From the NCBI GenBank assembly GCA_023415795.1, contig JAEZJG010000010.1, forward strand, positions 10,189-74,188: 64,000 nt of DNA, given 5' to 3'. Of the stretch, positions 38,338 to 48,028 are shown one piece after another; within the stretch, counting starts at the first letter, position 1, and the number at the start of each line of letters is the position of its first letter. The position numbers were made by a program, and so were the translations under genes. This stretch comes from Bacillota bacterium (GTDB lineage Bacteria > Bacillota > Clostridia > Christensenellales > SZUA-584). Under the pieces are notes generated by a model. The model was not told the origin of the DNA. It saw only the letters and a list, made by a program, of their open reading frames with translations, and searched no databases.

Positions 38338-38817
38338 TTGGCCTTGGACGTAATCCACATATACAAAGCACAGCGCCTGCTTTGCCTGCTCCGTGACGGT
38401 AATGAGCTGTTTTGTTGTGGTATCGGGCTTGGGCAAAGCCCCACAGGGCACAAAGGCGCCGAGGGCGACGGCAGAACGCCGGAGGGAGAATACCGCATTT
38501 GCACACGCAATGATCGTTCCAAGTACACGCTGTTTTTGGGTCTTAATTACCCCCGTCCCGCCGATGCACAAGCCGCCTTTGCAGCGAGCCGCGTCACCGA
38601 ATCACAGTTTTTCGCGATACTTAACGCGCACAAGCTCGGAAAGCGCCCCCCGTGGGACACACCATTGGGCGGTCAGATTGGCATCCATGGCGGCGGCATA
38701 TCGGAGGGCGCCGGCCTTGCGGACAGCACGGCGGGCTGCATTGCCCTGCTGGACAGTGATATTCGCATGCTGTGGGAGCTCGCTCCGATGGACATTACGG
38801 TAAATATATATCCATAG
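38338..38817 (+). CDS. L,D-transpeptidase (YkuD) family protein
   Basis: GDGRTPEGEY...IGIHGGG...STAGCIAL catalytic His/Cys motif. Start is TTG 38338 or 38344. Confidence 0.8.
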   Translation: MALDVIHIYKAQRLLCLLRDGNELFCCGIGLGQSPTGHKGAEGDGRTPEGEYRICTRNDRSKYTLFLGLNYPRPADAQAAFAASRVTESQFFAILNAHKLGKRPPWDTPLGGQIGIHGGGISEGAGLADSTAGCIALLDSDIRMLWELAPMDITVNIYP

Positions 38818-38873
38818 CCGTTTAAAACTAAAGGAGGATGTGCTCAGATGCCCATCCCCCCTTGCTTTTTCGT

Positions 38874-40268
38874 TTACTCCACCGGCTCCGTCGCAGTCTC
38901 CGCTATCTTTGCTTCCTTCTCCTTGCCCAGGTACTCCGGCAGCTGCATGCCCGCCATATTGAATAGGTCGTTCATCGGCGGTATGCTCTTCATCAGGCCG
39001 GACAGGAAGTTTGCGGTAGATGAATCCCCCTTGCCGTTGCCGCTGTCCCACACCGTTACCTTGTCGATCTTCAGGTTCTTGATAGCCTCCACCTGCACCT
39101 TGACGATATCCTCCATCTTGTCGGCGATCATCATGCGCACCGCCGCGTTTGAATCCCCGTCCGTTGCGCCGATGATCTGCTTGAAGCCCTCGGCCTGCTT
39201 AACCAGTATCTCGTTGATACCGCGCGCCTGTGCCTCCATCTTCTGGAATATCGCGTCCGCCTCGCCCTTGGCGATCCGTCTGAAACGCTCCGCTTCCGCC
39301 TCCGCGTCGATTTCCATCTTGCGCTTGTCGATCTCCGCCTTCACGATGATATCGGCTTCCTTCGATGCCTGCTCGCGGCTGGCGCGTTGCTTTTCAGCGG
39401 CTTCTTCCGCGGCATACGCTTCTTCCAAGGCCTTGGCAGTCTGCACCTTCTCCGCCGCGGTCGCACGACGCAGCGCTTCCGCTTCGCGTTCACGGCGCAG
39501 TGCGTCGGAATTTGCGATGGTGATTTTGGCGGTGTTTTCGCCCTCAATAGCCTGCGAGTTAGACTCGGCCACGCTGATGCGCTGATCCTTTTGTGCCAGC
39601 GCCTCGCCGATTGCGCCGTCTCTGTCCTTCTCCGCCACACTCTTCTTGGCATCGTTGATGGCCTTGGCAGCCGCTTCCTTACCCAGCGCTTCAATATATC
39701 CCGACTCGTCGTTGATGTCCGTCACGTTCACGTTGATGAGCCGGAGGCCAATCTTTTTCAGCTCAGACTCCACATTGCTGGACACCGCTTCAAGGAACAG
39801 ATCGCGGTCGGTGTTGATCTCCTCAATGTCCATCGTAGCTACCACCAAACGCAGCTGTCCGAAAATGATGTCCTTCGCCAGCTCCTCAATCTCCTTGAGG
39901 CCCAGCCCCAACAGACGCTCTGCCGCGTTCTGCATAATGCCCGCCTCGGTAGAGATACCCACCGTAAAGCGCGACGGCACATCAATACGGATGTTCTGCT
40001 TGGACAGCGCGTTCGTCAGATCCACAGTAATGGACATTGGTGTCAAGCTGAGGAACGAGTAGTCCTGTATCAACGGCCAGATGAACGCCGCGCCGCCGTG
40101 TACGCATTTCGCGCTGCGCTGTCCGCCGTCCGAGCTGCGCCCCACACGACCGTAAATCACAAGTATTCTGTCGGAAGGGCATTTTTTATATCGAGCTAAT
40201 ATCGATATAAATGTCGTGAATAAAAGAATTACCGCAACGATGATAAAAATAATCCAACCAATCTCCAT
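38874..40268 (-). CDS. Flotillin (SPFH/Band-7) family protein
   Basis: 464 aa. N-terminal TM helix, SPFH domain, and an Ala/Glu-rich coiled-coil repeat region. Confidence 0.85.
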   Translation of the reverse strand: MEIGWIIFIIVAVILLFTTFISILARYKKCPSDRILVIYGRVGRSSDGGQRSAKCVHGGAAFIWPLIQDYSFLSLTPMSITVDLTNALSKQNIRIDVPSRFTVGISTEAGIMQNAAERLLGLGLKEIEELAKDIIFGQLRLVVATMDIEEINTDRDLFLEAVSSNVESELKKIGLRLINVNVTDINDESGYIEALGKEAAAKAINDAKKSVAEKDRDGAIGEALAQKDQRISVAESNSQAIEGENTAKITIANSDALRREREAEALRRATAAEKVQTAKALEEAYAAEEAAEKQRASREQASKEADIIVKAEIDKRKMEIDAEAEAERFRRIAKGEADAIFQKMEAQARGINEILVKQAEGFKQIIGATDGDSNAAVRMMIADKMEDIVKVQVEAIKNLKIDKVTVWDSGNGKGDSSTANFLSGLMKSIPPMNDLFNMAGMQLPEYLGKEKEAKIAETATEPVE

Positions 40269-40277
40269 ATGTACCCC

Positions 40278-40895
40278 CTATTTTTTTACTATCAGCGTGT
40301 TGCCGATATTGCCGGTAACCTGAACGGTCTCTCCTGTCTTGAGCCGCACATCCTCATCAGTGATTGCCTCAGCCTCCACCAGCCGTTCCTGTATGAGCAC
40401 CATCACCTTACCGCGCCCCTCGCGGCTGGCCGGAACGGGGATGTATACCTGCGCCGCCAAACCTACCGCATTGGAGTAGCGAATGTTGCCGCTGTCCTGC
40501 AAGCGCCGCGCCGCGTTAAACATCAGCCCAATGGCCAGCATTGCCAGCAGTCCCGCCGCAACGGAGATCAGCACGATCAGCGCCAGCGGCATCTCAGAAC
40601 CGGCCAGCAGATAGCCCGACCAGCCGAATATGCAGAAGAACGCCACGATTCCGCGCACCGTGAAGAAACGGAAGCCCGCAACCGCCGCCACATCCTCTGT
40701 GTGTCCATCGGCATGACCATCCAAATGCCCCGATAGGTCTGTGTCGGCGTCAGCGTCAGCGCCGTCGGTGTCGCCGTGTCCACCCAGCCCAACAAACGTC
40801 AGTATCGTCTGTATGATGAGTACAATGGTAAACGGAACCGCCGCACACAGGTATATCTGTTGCAACAGGTTCAGCGCGTTCCACCATTCAGCCAT
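40278..40895 (-). CDS. NfeD-like membrane protein (flotillin partner)
   Basis: 205 aa. TM helices, an Asp/His/Gly-rich loop, and a C-terminal OB-like segment (GKVMVLIQERLVEAEAI). Located 9 nt upstream of the flotillin gene. Confidence 0.7.
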   Translation of the reverse strand: MAEWWNALNLLQQIYLCAAVPFTIVLIIQTILTFVGLGGHGDTDGADADADTDLSGHLDGHADGHTEDVAAVAGFRFFTVRGIVAFFCIFGWSGYLLAGSEMPLALIVLISVAAGLLAMLAIGLMFNAARRLQDSGNIRYSNAVGLAAQVYIPVPASREGRGKVMVLIQERLVEAEAITDEDVRLKTGETVQVTGNIGNTLIVKK

Positions 40896-41028
40896 ACCGT
40901 CACCCCTTTACATATATATTGCCACTTAAGTATTCGATATCAGACAGGTAATTCCTTGTAATGCCTTAATAAATATGTTGACATTTGGTATTTTTACCAC
41001 ACGCCATATCTCACTAATTTCTTGATGC

Positions 41029-41796
41029 TTAATCCAAATCCCGCAGCTTGCTGAAATCCTCCTTGATCGGGTCATCTTCAAAGCCCATGATGGGGTTCTT
41101 GTAGCGGATGACCAGTACCAGACCAATAAGCAGCAGCACCGTCATACCGCCCAGCACATAGATGAGCACCGGGTCTGTGCCATCGGACTGATAAATCCTG
41201 TAGGGAACCAGCTTAGACTCAATAGCAGCAGGATCGTCAGTGCCGAACACATCGTATTCCGCGCACCAATCAACGAAGGAGCCGTTTTCATAGAAGGAGG
41301 GGTCTCGCGCCCACTCCAGATAATATCCTTTCAGCTCATCCGACAGCTCGGCAATGCCGGCGCTCTCTACCGTCAGATAGTTATCGTAGCCTGTACCCAT
41401 CCACGTCTGCTCAACCACCTTGTCCAGCGTTTCATATTCCAATGGCGTCGCTTTGTAGGTGATCAAGTAGCTGGGCATCATCGTGCTTTCATCGTATACG
41501 GGAATAACGTAATAAAGCTCTGTACTTTTGTCGGAGGTACGCAGGCCCAGGTTCGATTCATACCCTTCGGCATATACGCCCAGCGCAACATCGATAACCC
41601 CTTGCGTCATCAGGTTCGTATCCAGCTTTTCAGCAGGCAGCGTGTTGAAGCTGGGGCGTCCGTTTTCACGAAGCGACTGCTGTTCACCGCTCCACAGAAC
41701 ATAGCACAGTATCGTCAGCCCAAGGCTTATGGCGGCCAATACGGCCAGCGTTATTTTGAGACCCTTCTTTGTTCGCGGCAGGGGGATGGGAATCAT
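41029..41796 (-). CDS. Hypothetical bitopic membrane protein (N- and C-terminal TM helices, about 170-aa extracytoplasmic domain)
   Basis: 255-aa ORF with no motif I can assign. Confidence 0.5.
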   Translation of the reverse strand: MIPIPLPRTKKGLKITLAVLAAISLGLTILCYVLWSGEQQSLRENGRPSFNTLPAEKLDTNLMTQGVIDVALGVYAEGYESNLGLRTSDKSTELYYVIPVYDESTMMPSYLITYKATPLEYETLDKVVEQTWMGTGYDNYLTVESAGIAELSDELKGYYLEWARDPSFYENGSFVDWCAEYDVFGTDDPAAIESKLVPYRIYQSDGTDPVLIYVLGGMTVLLLIGLVLVIRYKNPIMGFEDDPIKEDFSKLRDLD

Positions 41797-41926
41797 ATAA
41801 TGCCTCCTCCTTATGCTCGACTCTTAGTATTATAAAATGTCTTGATTTTATATTTTTCGCTGTGAAGTGATTAGATTCCTTTTTACGCAGAAAATTACGT
41901 AAATAACAGAACAACCGGTAGTTATC

Positions 41927-41943
41927 TATCCACACTATCCACA
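41927..41943. repeat. Tandem direct repeat TATCCACA-c-TATCCACA upstream of the nrdD -35
   Basis: Read directly from the sequence: copies at 41927-41934 and 41936-41943. Confidence 0.6.
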
Positions 41944-41969
41944 ATTTACTCCTTATGCCCCTATCTCCC

Positions 41970-41998
41970 TTGACACCATATATTGAGATTACTATAAT
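41970..41998 (+). promoter_or_regulatory. Consensus sigma-A promoter of nrdDG
   Basis: TTGACA (41970-41975), 17-nt spacer, TATAAT (41993-41998). Confidence 0.7.
41973..41988. promoter_or_regulatory. NrdR-box-like element overlapping the nrdD promoter spacer
   Basis: ACACCATATATTGAGA matches 13 of 16 positions of the NrdR box consensus acaCwAtATaTwGtgt, which I am quoting from memory. Confidence 0.35.
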
Positions 41999-42026
41999 GG
42001 GTCATACAATAGGTTGGACAAAATAC

Positions 42027-42076
42027 AGTGCGCCATATGGCAATGACGTCATATAAAAAAGCGCACTTTCATTTTT
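42027..42076 (+). other. Terminator-like hairpin in the nrdD 5' UTR
   Basis: AGTGCGC (42027-42033) pairs with GCGCACT (42061-42067) and is followed by TTCATTTTT. The 27-nt loop contains the palindromes GCCATATGGC and TGACGTCA. Confidence 0.3.
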
Positions 42077-42138
42077 CAAGCAGCAGAAAATCCTCTCATA
42101 ATTTCAATATATTAAACGGGTTAAGGGGGCCATGTCTC

Positions 42139-44226
42139 ATGTTCACAGTCATTCTCAAGCGAAGCGGTCAAAAGCAGGCGTTTACACCCAAGAAGATTAC
42201 GGAAGCGATCTTCAAAGCGGCCAAAGCCGTGGGCGGCGAAGACTACACACGCGCCGAGCAGTTGACAGCGCAGGTGGTGGACATTGCACGGATCAAATTT
42301 GGAGATCGCATGCCGGGCGTGGAGGATATTCAGGACATTGTGGAGCGCGTGCTGATCAAGAACGGTCACGCGAAGACGGCCAAGGCCTACATACTTTACC
42401 GTGAGAAGCGCAAGGGCGCCAGAGAGGCTAACGCACTCATCGGCGCCACCATCGATATGTTTTCCAGCTATCTTTCCGACAAGGACTGGAGCGTCAAGGA
42501 AAACGCCAATACGCAGAAAAGCGTGAACGGTCTTAACAACTATATTCGCGAAGCGTTCACGAAGAAATACTGGCTGCATGAGATATACCCGGAAGAGGTG
42601 CGCGAGGCGCATTCGTCCGGCGACTGCCACATTCACGACCTCGGATTCTTCGGCCCCTACTGCGCCGGGTGGGATCTGCGGCAGCTGCTGATGCAGGGCT
42701 TCGGCGGCATTCCCGGCAAGGTGGAAAGCAAACCGGCTAAACGGCTGCGCTCCTTCCTGGGGCAGATCGTCAACTCCACGTTCACCACTCAGGGCGAAAC
42801 GGCGGGGGCTCAGGCCTGGTCCAGCTTCGATACGTATTGCGCGCCCTTCATCCGCAAGGACAAGCTGGATCACGCCCAGATCAAGCAGGCTTTGCAGGAG
42901 TTTATCTTCAACATCAATGTGCCGACCCGGGTCGGTTTCCAGTGCCCGTTCTCCAACCTGACGTTCGATATCAAGGTGCCCAAGATGCTCAAGGATCACC
43001 CCGTGATCATCGGCGGCGAGCATCAGGACACCACCTACGGCGACTATCAGGAAGAGATGGACATGTTCAATAGCGCCTTTTGTGAGGTGATGCTGGAGGG
43101 CGATGCCAAGGGACGCGTGTTCACCTTCCCCATCCCCACCATCAACATCACGAAGGATTTTGATTGGAACAACCCCGTGGTGGACAAGTTCATGGAGATC
43201 ACCTGCAAGTATGGCATACCGTATTTCGCCAACTACGTGAATTCCGACCTGTCTCCCGAGGACGCAGTGTCCATGTGCTGCCGTCTGCGGCTGGACGTCA
43301 CTGAACTCAGAAAGCGCGGCGGCGGCTTGTTCGGCTCCAATCCGCTCACCGGCTCCATCGGTGTGTTCACCATCAATCTGCCGCGCATCGGCTACCTGTC
43401 CCGCACAGAGGATGAGCTGTTCGCGCGTTTGCGGCGCATCGCCGAGGTCGGCAAAACATCGCTGGAGCTCAAACGCAAGGTGATCGAGCAGCAGACAGAC
43501 AACGGTCTGTATCCGTATTCGGCGGTTTACTTACGCGACGTTAAACAGCGCACCGGACAATACTGGGCAAACCACTTCAACACCATCGGCATCATCGGCA
43601 TGCACGAGGCACTGCTGAACTATATGGGCAAGGGTGTTGAAACGCCGGAGGGCAACGATCTCGCCGTCCGCATCATGCAATTTCTGCGCGGACTCATGCA
43701 GGATTTCCAGAAAGAAACGGGGCATCAGTACAATCTCGAAGCTACGCCTGCCGAAGGGACAAGCTACCGCCTTGCCAAGCTGGACAAGGAGCGTTATCTC
43801 GACATCATCACATCCGGCAAGGATGTGCCGTACTACACCAACTCGTCTCAGCTGCCAGTGGGTCATACCGACGACATTATGGAGATGATCGAGCTGCAGG
43901 ACGAGCTGCAGTCGCTTTACACCGGCGGCACGGTGCAGCATCTGTACCTTGGCGAGCGCATTGAAGATATTGAGACAGCCAAGCGCATCATCCAAAAGAT
44001 ATTCTCGAAATACCGCATGCCGTACATCTCCATCACCCCCACCTTCAGCGTGTGCGACGAACACGGCTACATACCGGGCGAGCAGTTTTTCTGCCCGCAG
44101 TGCGGCGCGAAAACTGAGGTTTGGAGCCGCGTGGTGGGATATCTGCGGCCGGTGCAAAACTACAACGACGGAAAGAAAGAGGAGTATCGCGAGCGGCTGA
44201 AGTTCGTGGTGCCCGAGGCCATGTAA
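42139..44226 (+). CDS. nrdD: Anaerobic ribonucleoside-triphosphate reductase
   Basis: ATP-cone N-terminus (MFTVILKRSGQKQAFTPKKI), C-terminal Zn ribbon (CDEHGY...CPQCG) and glycyl-radical motif (SRVVGYLRPV). Start ATG 42139 lies behind AAGGGGG. Confidence 0.95.
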   Translation: MFTVILKRSGQKQAFTPKKITEAIFKAAKAVGGEDYTRAEQLTAQVVDIARIKFGDRMPGVEDIQDIVERVLIKNGHAKTAKAYILYREKRKGAREANALIGATIDMFSSYLSDKDWSVKENANTQKSVNGLNNYIREAFTKKYWLHEIYPEEVREAHSSGDCHIHDLGFFGPYCAGWDLRQLLMQGFGGIPGKVESKPAKRLRSFLGQIVNSTFTTQGETAGAQAWSSFDTYCAPFIRKDKLDHAQIKQALQEFIFNINVPTRVGFQCPFSNLTFDIKVPKMLKDHPVIIGGEHQDTTYGDYQEEMDMFNSAFCEVMLEGDAKGRVFTFPIPTINITKDFDWNNPVVDKFMEITCKYGIPYFANYVNSDLSPEDAVSMCCRLRLDVTELRKRGGGLFGSNPLTGSIGVFTINLPRIGYLSRTEDELFARLRRIAEVGKTSLELKRKVIEQQTDNGLYPYSAVYLRDVKQRTGQYWANHFNTIGIIGMHEALLNYMGKGVETPEGNDLAVRIMQFLRGLMQDFQKETGHQYNLEATPAEGTSYRLAKLDKERYLDIITSGKDVPYYTNSSQLPVGHTDDIMEMIELQDELQSLYTGGTVQHLYLGERIEDIETAKRIIQKIFSKYRMPYISITPTFSVCDEHGYIPGEQFFCPQCGAKTEVWSRVVGYLRPVQNYNDGKKEEYRERLKFVVPEAM

Positions 44227-44227
44227 A

Positions 44228-44896
44228 ATGCAAATTGCCGGTTTGGTCAAGAATTCGTTTCTCGACTATCCGGGGATGATCGCGGCAGTGGTGTTTGTGC
44301 CGGGCTGCAATATGGACTGCTGGTATTGCCACAACCGCGCCCTCTGGAGCAACGCGGCGCTGCTGGACACGGCGCAGGTGCTTGATTTTCTTGAAAAGCG
44401 CAGGGGGTTTTTGGACGGTGTGGTGATATCTGGCGGAGAGCCCTCGCTTCAGGCGGGCCTGCCCTCCTTTGTTCGCAGCCTTAGGCAGATGGGCTATCGC
44501 GTGAAGCTGGATACCAACGGCCTTAAGCCGCAGGTTGTAGAACCGCTGCTTTGTGAGCTGGATTATGTTGCGATGGATATAAAGGCACCGCCCGGGCAGC
44601 TGTCCCGCGTGGTGTCTTTTGCGCTGGACGATGCGCCCATATGGCGCAGCGCCGAGCTGCTGATGACCAGCGGCGTTGATTACGAGTTTCGCACCACGTT
44701 CATGCCGCTGTTGAGCGCAGACGACATCGGGGAGATTGCCCGGCGCATCAGCGGGGCGCAGCGATATGTGCTTCAGCAGTATCGCCGAACGGACGAACGC
44801 AAGCTCCAGCCCGAGCCGCACAGTATCGATACCATCAAAAAAGCGGCCGAAGCCGCCGGTGAGCATGTGAAAAGCGTGGTGATACGCGGGCTCTAG
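44228..44896 (+). CDS. nrdG: Anaerobic ribonucleotide reductase activating protein (radical SAM)
   Basis: CNMDCWYCHN cluster motif. The gene starts 1 nt after the nrdD stop. Confidence 0.9.
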   Translation: MQIAGLVKNSFLDYPGMIAAVVFVPGCNMDCWYCHNRALWSNAALLDTAQVLDFLEKRRGFLDGVVISGGEPSLQAGLPSFVRSLRQMGYRVKLDTNGLKPQVVEPLLCELDYVAMDIKAPPGQLSRVVSFALDDAPIWRSAELLMTSGVDYEFRTTFMPLLSADDIGEIARRISGAQRYVLQQYRRTDERKLQPEPHSIDTIKKAAEAAGEHVKSVVIRGL

Positions 44897-45240
44897 TCTG
44901 CCGCGGGCGTCTCCAGCTGATCCAGCAGATCGTCACGGATCTCCTCCGCCTGATGGCTGGCTTCGTTGGCTTTATCCGCCCAGGGGCTTTGCCACAGTCC
45001 GTATGCCGAAGCGATCAGTATAACAGCCAGCGCGATCACCGCCAGCACCTTGACGAAGCCGGGAATCAGCTTCCAGATGATGCCGAAGCCAATGAAGAAT
45101 ATCACCACCGCGCCCACGATGATGGCCCAGCCGGGCAGTACGCGTACATATTCGGTTACGTTTTGCTGCACGGGCGCGCAAGCCGCCATCACAGCGATGA
45201 CGATCATTACAACCGCCAGTAAAATCAAGAATCTTTTCAT
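44893..45240 (-). CDS. Hypothetical small membrane protein
   Basis: 115 aa with three hydrophobic helices. Its stop codon shares the CTAG with the nrdG stop. Confidence 0.5.
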   Translation of the reverse strand: MKRFLILLAVVMIVIAVMAACAPVQQNVTEYVRVLPGWAIIVGAVVIFFIGFGIIWKLIPGFVKVLAVIALAVILIASAYGLWQSPWADKANEASHQAEEIRDDLLDQLETPAAD

Positions 45241-45399
45241 GGGAACCGCCTTTATTAACGATATCTATGCCATTATACTCACACATTGCCCGATAGTAAA
45301 GTATTCGGGCTTTTTCAATGGACGGTATGGACGCATTGCGGGCATGCTGTTATGATAACACAATATTAAGCGGCAGCAATTCCGCGAGGGAGGTAAACG

Positions 45400-46329
45400 A
45401 TGGCAAACAGTATAACAGTGTTCGGTAGCTTTGCGCTGGACCTCGCGTCACGGGCAGATCATCTGCCGGGACCGGCAGAAACGGTGGTGGGCAGCGCGTT
45501 TGCCATGGGTCCGGGTGGAAAAGGCTCCAACCAAGGCGTGGCTGCACACCGGGCGGGTGCGGACGTCCGCATGGTCACAAAGGTGGGTGACGACGTATTC
45601 GGCAAAATTGCACTGGATTTTTACCATACCGAGGGCATGAGCACCGATTTGATATTTGTGGACAAGGAAAAGGAAACGGGTACCGCGCTCATCATGGTGG
45701 ATGAAGTGACGGGGCAGAACCAGATACTGATGGTGCCGGGCGCTTGCGGCAATATCACCGACGAGGACATCGAACGTGCAGCATCGGCGATAAGAAGCTC
45801 GTGCGTATTGCTGACGCAGCTGGAAATCAATCTGGACGCCAACTGGAAAGCCATCGACATCGCACACAAGGCAGGCGTCAAGGTGGTGCTGAACACCGCC
45901 CCTGCCCGCATGGTGGACGACGCGGTGCTGGCGATGGTGGACGTGCTGACGCCCAACGAGGTGGAGGCATCGGTGCTGACCGGGGTGCAGGTCAAAACGA
46001 TGGACGATGCGCGGCGTGCGGCACAGGTGCTGCAGCGCAAGGGCGTGGGCGATATTGTCATCACAATGGGCGCGCAGGGTGCGTATGTACGCAGCGGCGG
46101 CAGCGAGAACATTCTCCCCCGTCTGAATGTGACCGCGGTAGACACCACCGGCGCGGGCGATGCGTTCAACGGTGCGCTGGTAACGGCGCTGGCCGAGGGG
46201 CTTGATCTGTTTGCAGCGGCGGAGTTCGCCAATGCTGCGGGTGCATTGTCTGTTACCAGAAAGGGTGCCGCTGTGGCAGCGCCCTATCGCAGCGAAATCG
46301 ACGCGTTTCGGGCACAGCTTCGCAGGTAA
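45400..46329 (+). CDS. rbsK: Ribokinase
   Basis: GPGGKGSNQGVAA and DTTGAGDAFNGA motifs. 309 aa. Confidence 0.85.
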   Translation: MANSITVFGSFALDLASRADHLPGPAETVVGSAFAMGPGGKGSNQGVAAHRAGADVRMVTKVGDDVFGKIALDFYHTEGMSTDLIFVDKEKETGTALIMVDEVTGQNQILMVPGACGNITDEDIERAASAIRSSCVLLTQLEINLDANWKAIDIAHKAGVKVVLNTAPARMVDDAVLAMVDVLTPNEVEASVLTGVQVKTMDDARRAAQVLQRKGVGDIVITMGAQGAYVRSGGSENILPRLNVTAVDTTGAGDAFNGALVTALAEGLDLFAAAEFANAAGALSVTRKGAAVAAPYRSEIDAFRAQLRR

Positions 46330-46494
46330 GTTAATAGCGGCGGCGTATCCGGGCATGGAGGATACACCCGTATCCTCTGGATCAGCTGATCCGGCCACAA
46401 CCGTACGGCGGGGTTCTCACACCGTACGGCTGTGCGAGATATGGGTTTCAAAATATCCGCGCGCGTGGTAGACTGTCTGATGACGGAGGATGTT

Positions 46495-47340
46495 ATGTTT
46501 ATTGCGGATAATTTAAGAGAATATACGGTACTGGACACCGGAGACGGCGAAAAGCTGGAGGACGTGGGCGGCATTGTGCTGCAGCGGCCAGACCCGCAGG
46601 TGATCTGGGAGAAAACCAATCCGGGGCTATGGAAGCCGCACGCGGCCTACGACCGCAGCGATACGGGCGGCGGCAGCTGGCGTTACATCAAGAAGGTGCC
46701 GGAGCGCTGGACGGTTGAACTGGGCGGTCTGAAATTCAGCGTGCGCCCCACAGGGTTTAAGCACATTGGCGTTTTTCCGGAGCAGGCGGCGAACTGGGAA
46801 TATATAAAGCAGCGTATCCGCACAGCCGGACGACCGGCGAACGTGCTGAACCTGTTTGCGTACACAGGCGGCGCAACGCTGGCAGCCTTGTCGGCAGGCG
46901 CTTCGGTGGTGCATGTGGATGCGGCCAAGAGCATGAACGAATGGGCAAAGGAAAACGCGAAGCTATCCGGTCTCGGCGATGCGGACGTGCGCTTCATCGC
47001 GGACGACTGCCACAAGTTCGTACTGCGCGAGCAGCGGCGCGGGCGGCGCTATGACGGCATCGTGATGGACCCGCCGTCGTACGGACGCAGCGACAACAGC
47101 GTCTGGAAGATCGAGCAGAGCCTGTTCCCATTGGTGCGCGATTGCGCGGCGTTGCTGTCCGATAACCCACTATTCTTTATTATCAACTCGTATACCACGG
47201 GGCTTTCGGATGTGGTGACGCGCAACATGCTGGCGCAGTGCCTGCCCAAGGGGCATATTGAGTCCGGCACGCTGGCGCTGCCGCAGAAGGATTCGGATAT
47301 ATTGCTGCCCTGCGGCACCACCTCAAGATGGCAGCCGTGA
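46495..47340 (+). CDS. Class I SAM-dependent methyltransferase (COG1092/RlmI-like, no PUA domain)
   Basis: The LNLFAYTGGATLAA SAM motif and DPPSYGRS are typical of this family. Start ATG 46495 lies behind ACGGAGGA. Confidence 0.7.
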   Translation: MFIADNLREYTVLDTGDGEKLEDVGGIVLQRPDPQVIWEKTNPGLWKPHAAYDRSDTGGGSWRYIKKVPERWTVELGGLKFSVRPTGFKHIGVFPEQAANWEYIKQRIRTAGRPANVLNLFAYTGGATLAALSAGASVVHVDAAKSMNEWAKENAKLSGLGDADVRFIADDCHKFVLREQRRGRRYDGIVMDPPSYGRSDNSVWKIEQSLFPLVRDCAALLSDNPLFFIINSYTTGLSDVVTRNMLAQCLPKGHIESGTLALPQKDSDILLPCGTTSRWQP

Positions 47341-48011
47341 AGGTGCTCTACGAGGACAACCACCTGCTGGTGGTGGAAAAGCCTTATGGCGTACCATCAC
47401 AGGCGGATGAAACGGGCGACGATGACATGCTGAGCCTGTGCAAGGCATACATCAAAGAGAAATACCAGAAGCCGGGCGATGTGTACCTTGGGCTGGTGCA
47501 CCGGCTGGACAGACCGACCGGCGGCGTGATGGTGTTTGCTCGCACGTCCAAGGCTGCCGCACGGCTGACAGCACAGATACAAGCCGGTCAGTTTGAGAAG
47601 ACGTATCTGGCTGTGCTGACGGCGGCACCGCCCAAGCAGGCGGGTACGCTCACGCACTGGCTGTTTAAGGATGAGACGGCGCATATCGCGCGGATAGCGA
47701 ATCAGCAAACGCCCGGTGCAAAGCTGGCCGAGCTGGAATACGAGACACTGGCCCAGCGGGACGGGCTGGTGTTTGTGCGCATACGCCTTGTGACAGGGCG
47801 ATTCCACCAGATACGCGCTCAGATGGCGGCGGTGGGCTGTTCCGTCTACGGAGACATGAAGTACGGGGCTCGTAGCCTCAAGGCACCGCTGGCGCTGTTT
47901 GCGTGGCGGCTGTGTCTGGACCACCCCACCAAGGGTGAGCGGCTGTGCTTCACCGTGCAGCCCGCAAAGCATCCGTTTACGTTGTTCGATTTGCCGGACG
48001 GTGCGTTATAA
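47328..48011 (+). CDS. RluA-family pseudouridine synthase
   Basis: LVHRLDRPTGGVMVFA catalytic motif. 13-nt overlap with the upstream methyltransferase gene. Confidence 0.85.
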   Translation: MAAVKVLYEDNHLLVVEKPYGVPSQADETGDDDMLSLCKAYIKEKYQKPGDVYLGLVHRLDRPTGGVMVFARTSKAAARLTAQIQAGQFEKTYLAVLTAAPPKQAGTLTHWLFKDETAHIARIANQQTPGAKLAELEYETLAQRDGLVFVRIRLVTGRFHQIRAQMAAVGCSVYGDMKYGARSLKAPLALFAWRLCLDHPTKGERLCFTVQPAKHPFTLFDLPDGAL

Positions 48012-48028
48012 TTTTGGGAGGTTATTAA

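Noticed and set aside
45287-45315. Hairpin GCCCGA...TTCGGGC followed by TTTTT on the plus strand upstream of rbsK; considered as a possible sRNA terminator or attenuator.
   Set aside because: There is no plausible upstream plus-strand transcription unit. Only a weak -10-like element lies about 10 nt ahead of it, and the stem is short. It more likely lies in the promoter region of the divergent genes.
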